Origin: Hydrurus foetidus
Taxonomy: Eukaryota
Length of the DNA stretch: 64,000 nucleotides
Assembly (NCBI GenBank): GCA_900617105.1
Contig: UYFQ01000035.1
Coordinates: 1 to 64,000 of the forward strand
Reading direction: 5' to 3'
Shown: positions 59,546 to 64,000 of the stretch, piece after piece
How positions within the stretch are numbered: position 1 is the stretch's first letter
Layout: each line of letters opens with the position of its first letter
Made by a program: the position numbers and the translations under genes
Notes under the pieces: generated by a model
What the model was told of the DNA's origin: nothing
The model's database searches: none
What the model saw: only the letters and a program-made list of their open reading frames with translations

Positions 59546-62500
59546 AGTTTGTTCAGCAACCTGAAATACGTACGCTGATACGTCTCGCTAAGCATTGCCT
59601 GACTGGCGCTTGTAGATGACTGAATGAGAGGAGTCCTACAGTCGGTGCACCAATAGAAGCAATTAAATGGATAGGACGTATCCTAATAGCGATAGTCAAC
59701 TTACGAGGTATGCATCGATGTGACATGTATCCATTCCGCTGGCTTTCTCCTTTACGTAGATATCCCTCTGCCTTTTCAATCTCCGCTTTCACTCTCACCT
59801 TAAGTTTTTTGTCCTTCAGAATATCCTTTCTCTCTCGTTCCCTTTTTTTTGCTGTGGCGAAATCCTGAGATAAAGGAGTTTATGTCGAAATAAGGAGGGA
59901 TATAGCAGAGAAGAGTGCAGCAGGATAGTTAATATAGCAGTTGGAATTTGTGTATCTAAGCATAACACGGCGGCATCAAGGCTAGGTCAGTCACAACTAT
60001 ACTGTCATGTCAGGTGCGAACTACAGACATAGTAATTGGGGGCAACCCCACTGACCTCATTGGTCGCCTCTACCGTCACCTCCACCTCGCTACTGATACT
60101 AGCCTCTTATTCATTTGTCAAAAGTACACCAGTGTCGGCCTTTGAAGCCACACATGAAGGGAAGTCCGACATTAAAGATGCTCTGGGGCGAGGAAGACTA
60201 ACATCTCAAGATATTAGATGCATCAAATGAATGACTCGTACTCATACCAACACCGATACCAATCCAACTGCAATGCATCGAGGCAGTTTGAATTGAATAT
60301 GATATGTCTCACCTTGTAGATAGTACACCAATTTTGCCGAGAATCTGCGCTCAAACTAAAGTCGCCAAACGATTATCGTGTGTCAATCTGTTTTGAGTAA
60401 TTACGGCAACAGTCCAATTACATGTCCTTTGCCATTTTATACTGAATTGGTAACATCCAAGTTAATTATTTCAAGCATTCAAAGTGTAGCGGAATTTTCA
60501 GGCCTGAAATATTATGTACCTACGTACACCACTCGACTAACACCAGCTCTACGGCGATACAACACTGTGTTACTCAAATAAAAGTCTTCATCTACACCCC
60601 CTTTGGTATAATCACCGAATGTAAAGATTTATCGCACCGAAGTTTGTAAGAACTTCGAATTGTAAGATCCCAGATTGCTTAGAATGACATTGTAAAGGTA
60701 ACAAGGAGTGCCTTCAGAAAGGTGATTTATCTTATCATGGATGACTGTACCAGTAAGCGGGAAAGATCTGGAGTTTACTGCGAACAAATTGGACGGAAAT
60801 GTGTGCTTATTCTTGCTCCTGATTTTCTAATTGAATGATCTGGTACTCAATCCTCTCACTAAATTTTTTATAACAAGTTAATTCATGAGTTTTAATAAAT
60901 TTTGGAATGCAAGCTACCTTCTGAAAATCCAATTTACTCGAAAGTCTCCTCCTCACATCCTATCCAACTGTACGAATGCTAATTTATGCGAAGATGTTTG
61001 ATATTTTTTTAGCCCACAACTCAATGAGATGCACAAATCTGGTGGTCCAACACCATCTGCATTAATCCCGTAAAACATTCTTTAATAAACAAGTGCTTTG
61101 TATACCGTAACTTTCGAGACAATCGAAGATTTGAGTATCTCATAGCTCTGCACATTGAAATACTATAAAAATTACTATCATCACGTAAAAAATACCATCA
61201 AATGTGTAGATTCCTTTGCTATTCTTTCATTTGAGATTTTTAGCATTACGCTATGTCATCGCGTTTTGCAACTTGATTAGTGATGACATTGTATAACCAC
61301 TAGAGTATGTTCAAAAGATTATAAACTTTATAACTTGGAATAACCGACCTCGAACGGTATGTATCTTCGAAGCTTCACTTCTGACTCTTTACCTTAGAGT
61401 TTTCATGGCGTCTTGTCAGCACGAATCTAACATGATTACGTTTCAAGCCTTCGTGCGCAAACATTTCATGTGCATACATAAACTTTGAGGATATATTAAA
61501 GTTAAGATTATGAGATGTATTGCCTAACACTGGCTAATCACAAATAAGTAGTACTGTAGTAAACCAAATTCTTTACGATCGAGATCCTTCCTGAACCCAG
61601 TGTTGTGAATAGAGCCCCATAGATATTTACCATGATATCTGGATCGCAAAGACTCAACTTTACGTGATCATTACTGAGTATGTTCATCTGGCTTCCTGAC
61701 CGCGAACCCTTCTCCGTTTAGACGCAAATGCCGTTGGGAGTGTAACCGCTATTATTTGATCATCTTCACTGGTTCTGCGTGCTGCATGGCTGCTAGAATA
61801 CAAGATGTGATGCTATTTTTTAGAAATCGCTCGTAGTATCCATTTCCAGTTCATCAAAAGTAAGACGTGGGGATCGGGGATGCAGAGTATAATTTTATAC
61901 TGCTTCCATGGAAGCCCGCTAGAAATGAAGCCGGGCGGATCATGCGGTGGATTATCTCGACGGATTCTACTGGCAGTAAATGTCGAATTCTATCAAATCC
62001 TCTTATCGTCTCTGCATATTGCTACCTGGGCAATATCCATTGGATTATGGGCTGAATACCTGGATGCTACCCCCGTAGCAGGTTGCCCAGACAATAAAAT
62101 TAGATGTGAATTAGATGATTAGTGAAGATGGTATACATCGGATAATCTTACTACTGCACAAATGGTATCCATCGGATAATACACCGGATTATGCAGTGGA
62201 TAATCTGCCAGTGAGCTTTAACACCTCCTCAAGACTTGAAAATGAGGTCTTTATCACAAAGCGTCATTACGACAATGACGAGAGACATTTGTCTGACTCA
62301 ATTTACCCGATGATTTCATGCTATTATCTGCGTTGGGCGCTATTCGACATGGGATGTGTTAATCATGGACTATAATTTCGTGTGATGAAAAGAGTCGCTT
62401 CATCACGTCGAGGAACCTTTGCACGGTCAGCAAACCACCATCCGCCCAAAGTCGTCCAGCGGGTTTCGTGGTTTTAATGGACACAGAACTTCACGAATAT

Positions 62501-63692
62501 TGACATTCACTCGCTCAAAACTACGGGAATCGTTTTGAAATTCGATTATCTACCAGGAGGCCGTTTCAAAATTCAAAATTTTGAATTTTCAAAATTTAAG
62601 CTTGCTTGCATGCCTCAATTGCTGCGTGTTCCACTCCATGTATATGCATGCAGATGATGTCGTCTGATTCCTTGCAAATATCTGATTGGATTTGATATGC
62701 CCTGTAAGCTATAACTCAATCACGTTGCAGAGATTTTTGTACCTTAAAAAAGACATTATGCCGCGCTACAAACCGAGCAAGGGTTCGAAGAGATTCCGGT
62801 CAATCCAATTGAGGTGCAAGGAAGCTATTGTTGTCTCCCCTGATGTGAGGAGGGAGAATGCTGATTTCGGTACTGAATCGCTGTGTCTTGCTGACAGAAT
62901 ATGTCATGCAACTGAGATTCAAGTCCCTGAAGCTCTCGTTTATGAAGAACCGGTGCATCTTTCAGATCACTTTGACTCTTTGATAAAGAGAAGTCTGCTG
63001 TATGGAATAGTCAAACCTGTAGTAGAATCTATAGCAGCATCAACATCGAAAGCTATCACAGCAACAAGAACTCCAGGTTGAAAAACTACATGGGGTAGTG
63101 AAAGAAAAGTTCAATTTTTAGAGCACAATTTCGCTCGGGTTTGAGCATCATTAGATGTCTCAGCTAAATGTAGAAGATCTGCTGAGAATATTGATTCAAT
63201 CATTACAGATAATGCTGTTGCATTCATCGAAGCACTCTCCCTATCTTCTGCCGGAGGCACCAACTTCACCTCCAATCAGTACGTCGTTCAACTCACTTCC
63301 TCAGCGCAGCTGATACCGCCTGTAGAAGCTGCTGATATATAACAGCTCGCTGCTCTATAATCTGCGACACGAAGTTTGAAAGCATTAGTCATTAAGAAGA
63401 TAATGATGAAAAAGACGATGACATAACTGATCGATGAAGTAAACATAAAGCGAACTCTTTAAATACCTTGCTAGAATTTGGACTGTCCAAGGTCCGAGGC
63501 CAATGCATGACTCACTTCTCATCGTCTGCGATGCTGACGATGAAGAATTGTGGCTGCTGTGTTGTATTGTACGATGGAGAATTCAAATTGACTTACTGCG
63601 ATCGATAAATTGATGTGACAATATCGTTACGAAGTGCCCGTTAAACTGGCTTGAAATAATGTATAAACGTAAAAGAAAATGGACGAAAATGG

Positions 63693-63740
63693 ATGCGCTG
63701 ATCATGCAAAGGGTCCTGGGTTCTATTCCTCTGCCCGGTC
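63693..63740 (+). other. Degenerate tRNA-like 3' half (possible SINE head)
   Basis: GCGCTGATCATGCAAAGGGTCCTGGGTTCTATTCCTCTGCCCGGTC resembles the anticodon, variable and T-arm region of tRNA-Ile, with a B-box-like GTTCTATTC. No recognisable D-arm or A-box. Confidence 0.35.
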
Positions 63741-64000
63741 GTAACATACCGTACCCCCAGTTAAGGGATTGGCCTCCAAACAACCCTCAGACCGGTTGGG
63801 TACTTGCGAGAACGGACTGTTATTCGCTTGTGTGAACTGTCCTACTGTTGGCGTCACGCGCGCGCCAGCCAGTGCCTGCCCACCCTATCCGCGTCGCCGC
63901 TGACCCAGTCCGCTGGCATAGGGTGGATCCTGGACCTAGAAAAACCATTCACTGGCTGGCGTACGTGCGGTCAGACAAAACACACTTACACAAAATCTGT

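Noticed and set aside
60550..63560. Possible decayed coding or transposon remnants (including ORF 62686-63081 and a 22-bp AT palindrome at 62568-62589)
   Set aside because: All frames are broken by stops and I recognise no convincing motif. The palindrome is low-complexity.

Overview
Eukaryotic, intron-rich genomic DNA. A stramenopile/chrysophyte-like protist is inferred from gene style only. In order along the window: (1) the 3' end of a Ty3/Gypsy chromovirus (integrase C-terminus with chromodomain, an extra antisense ORF, PPT, 3' LTR); (2) a complete, apparently young Ngaro-type tyrosine-recombinase retrotransposon (3288-11597) with split direct repeats A1...B1-A2-B2, in which gag and RT/RNaseH share one frame, are separated by a single TAA, and are followed by about 22 copies of a hairpin-rich 93-bp repeat; (3) a single ~38-kb, 12-exon gene for a giant (~12,000 aa) surface protein with signal peptide, LRRs, a ~27-kb Pro/Ser/Thr tandem array, REJ-like and EGF-like regions, a degenerate GPS motif and about 8 TM helices (polycystin-1-like); (4) an 8-exon dual-specificity phosphatase gene; (5) a 30-bp minisatellite, a decayed F-box/LRR gene and a tRNA-like/structured element at the right edge. 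All exon boundaries and domain calls were made by eye; no database searches were run.
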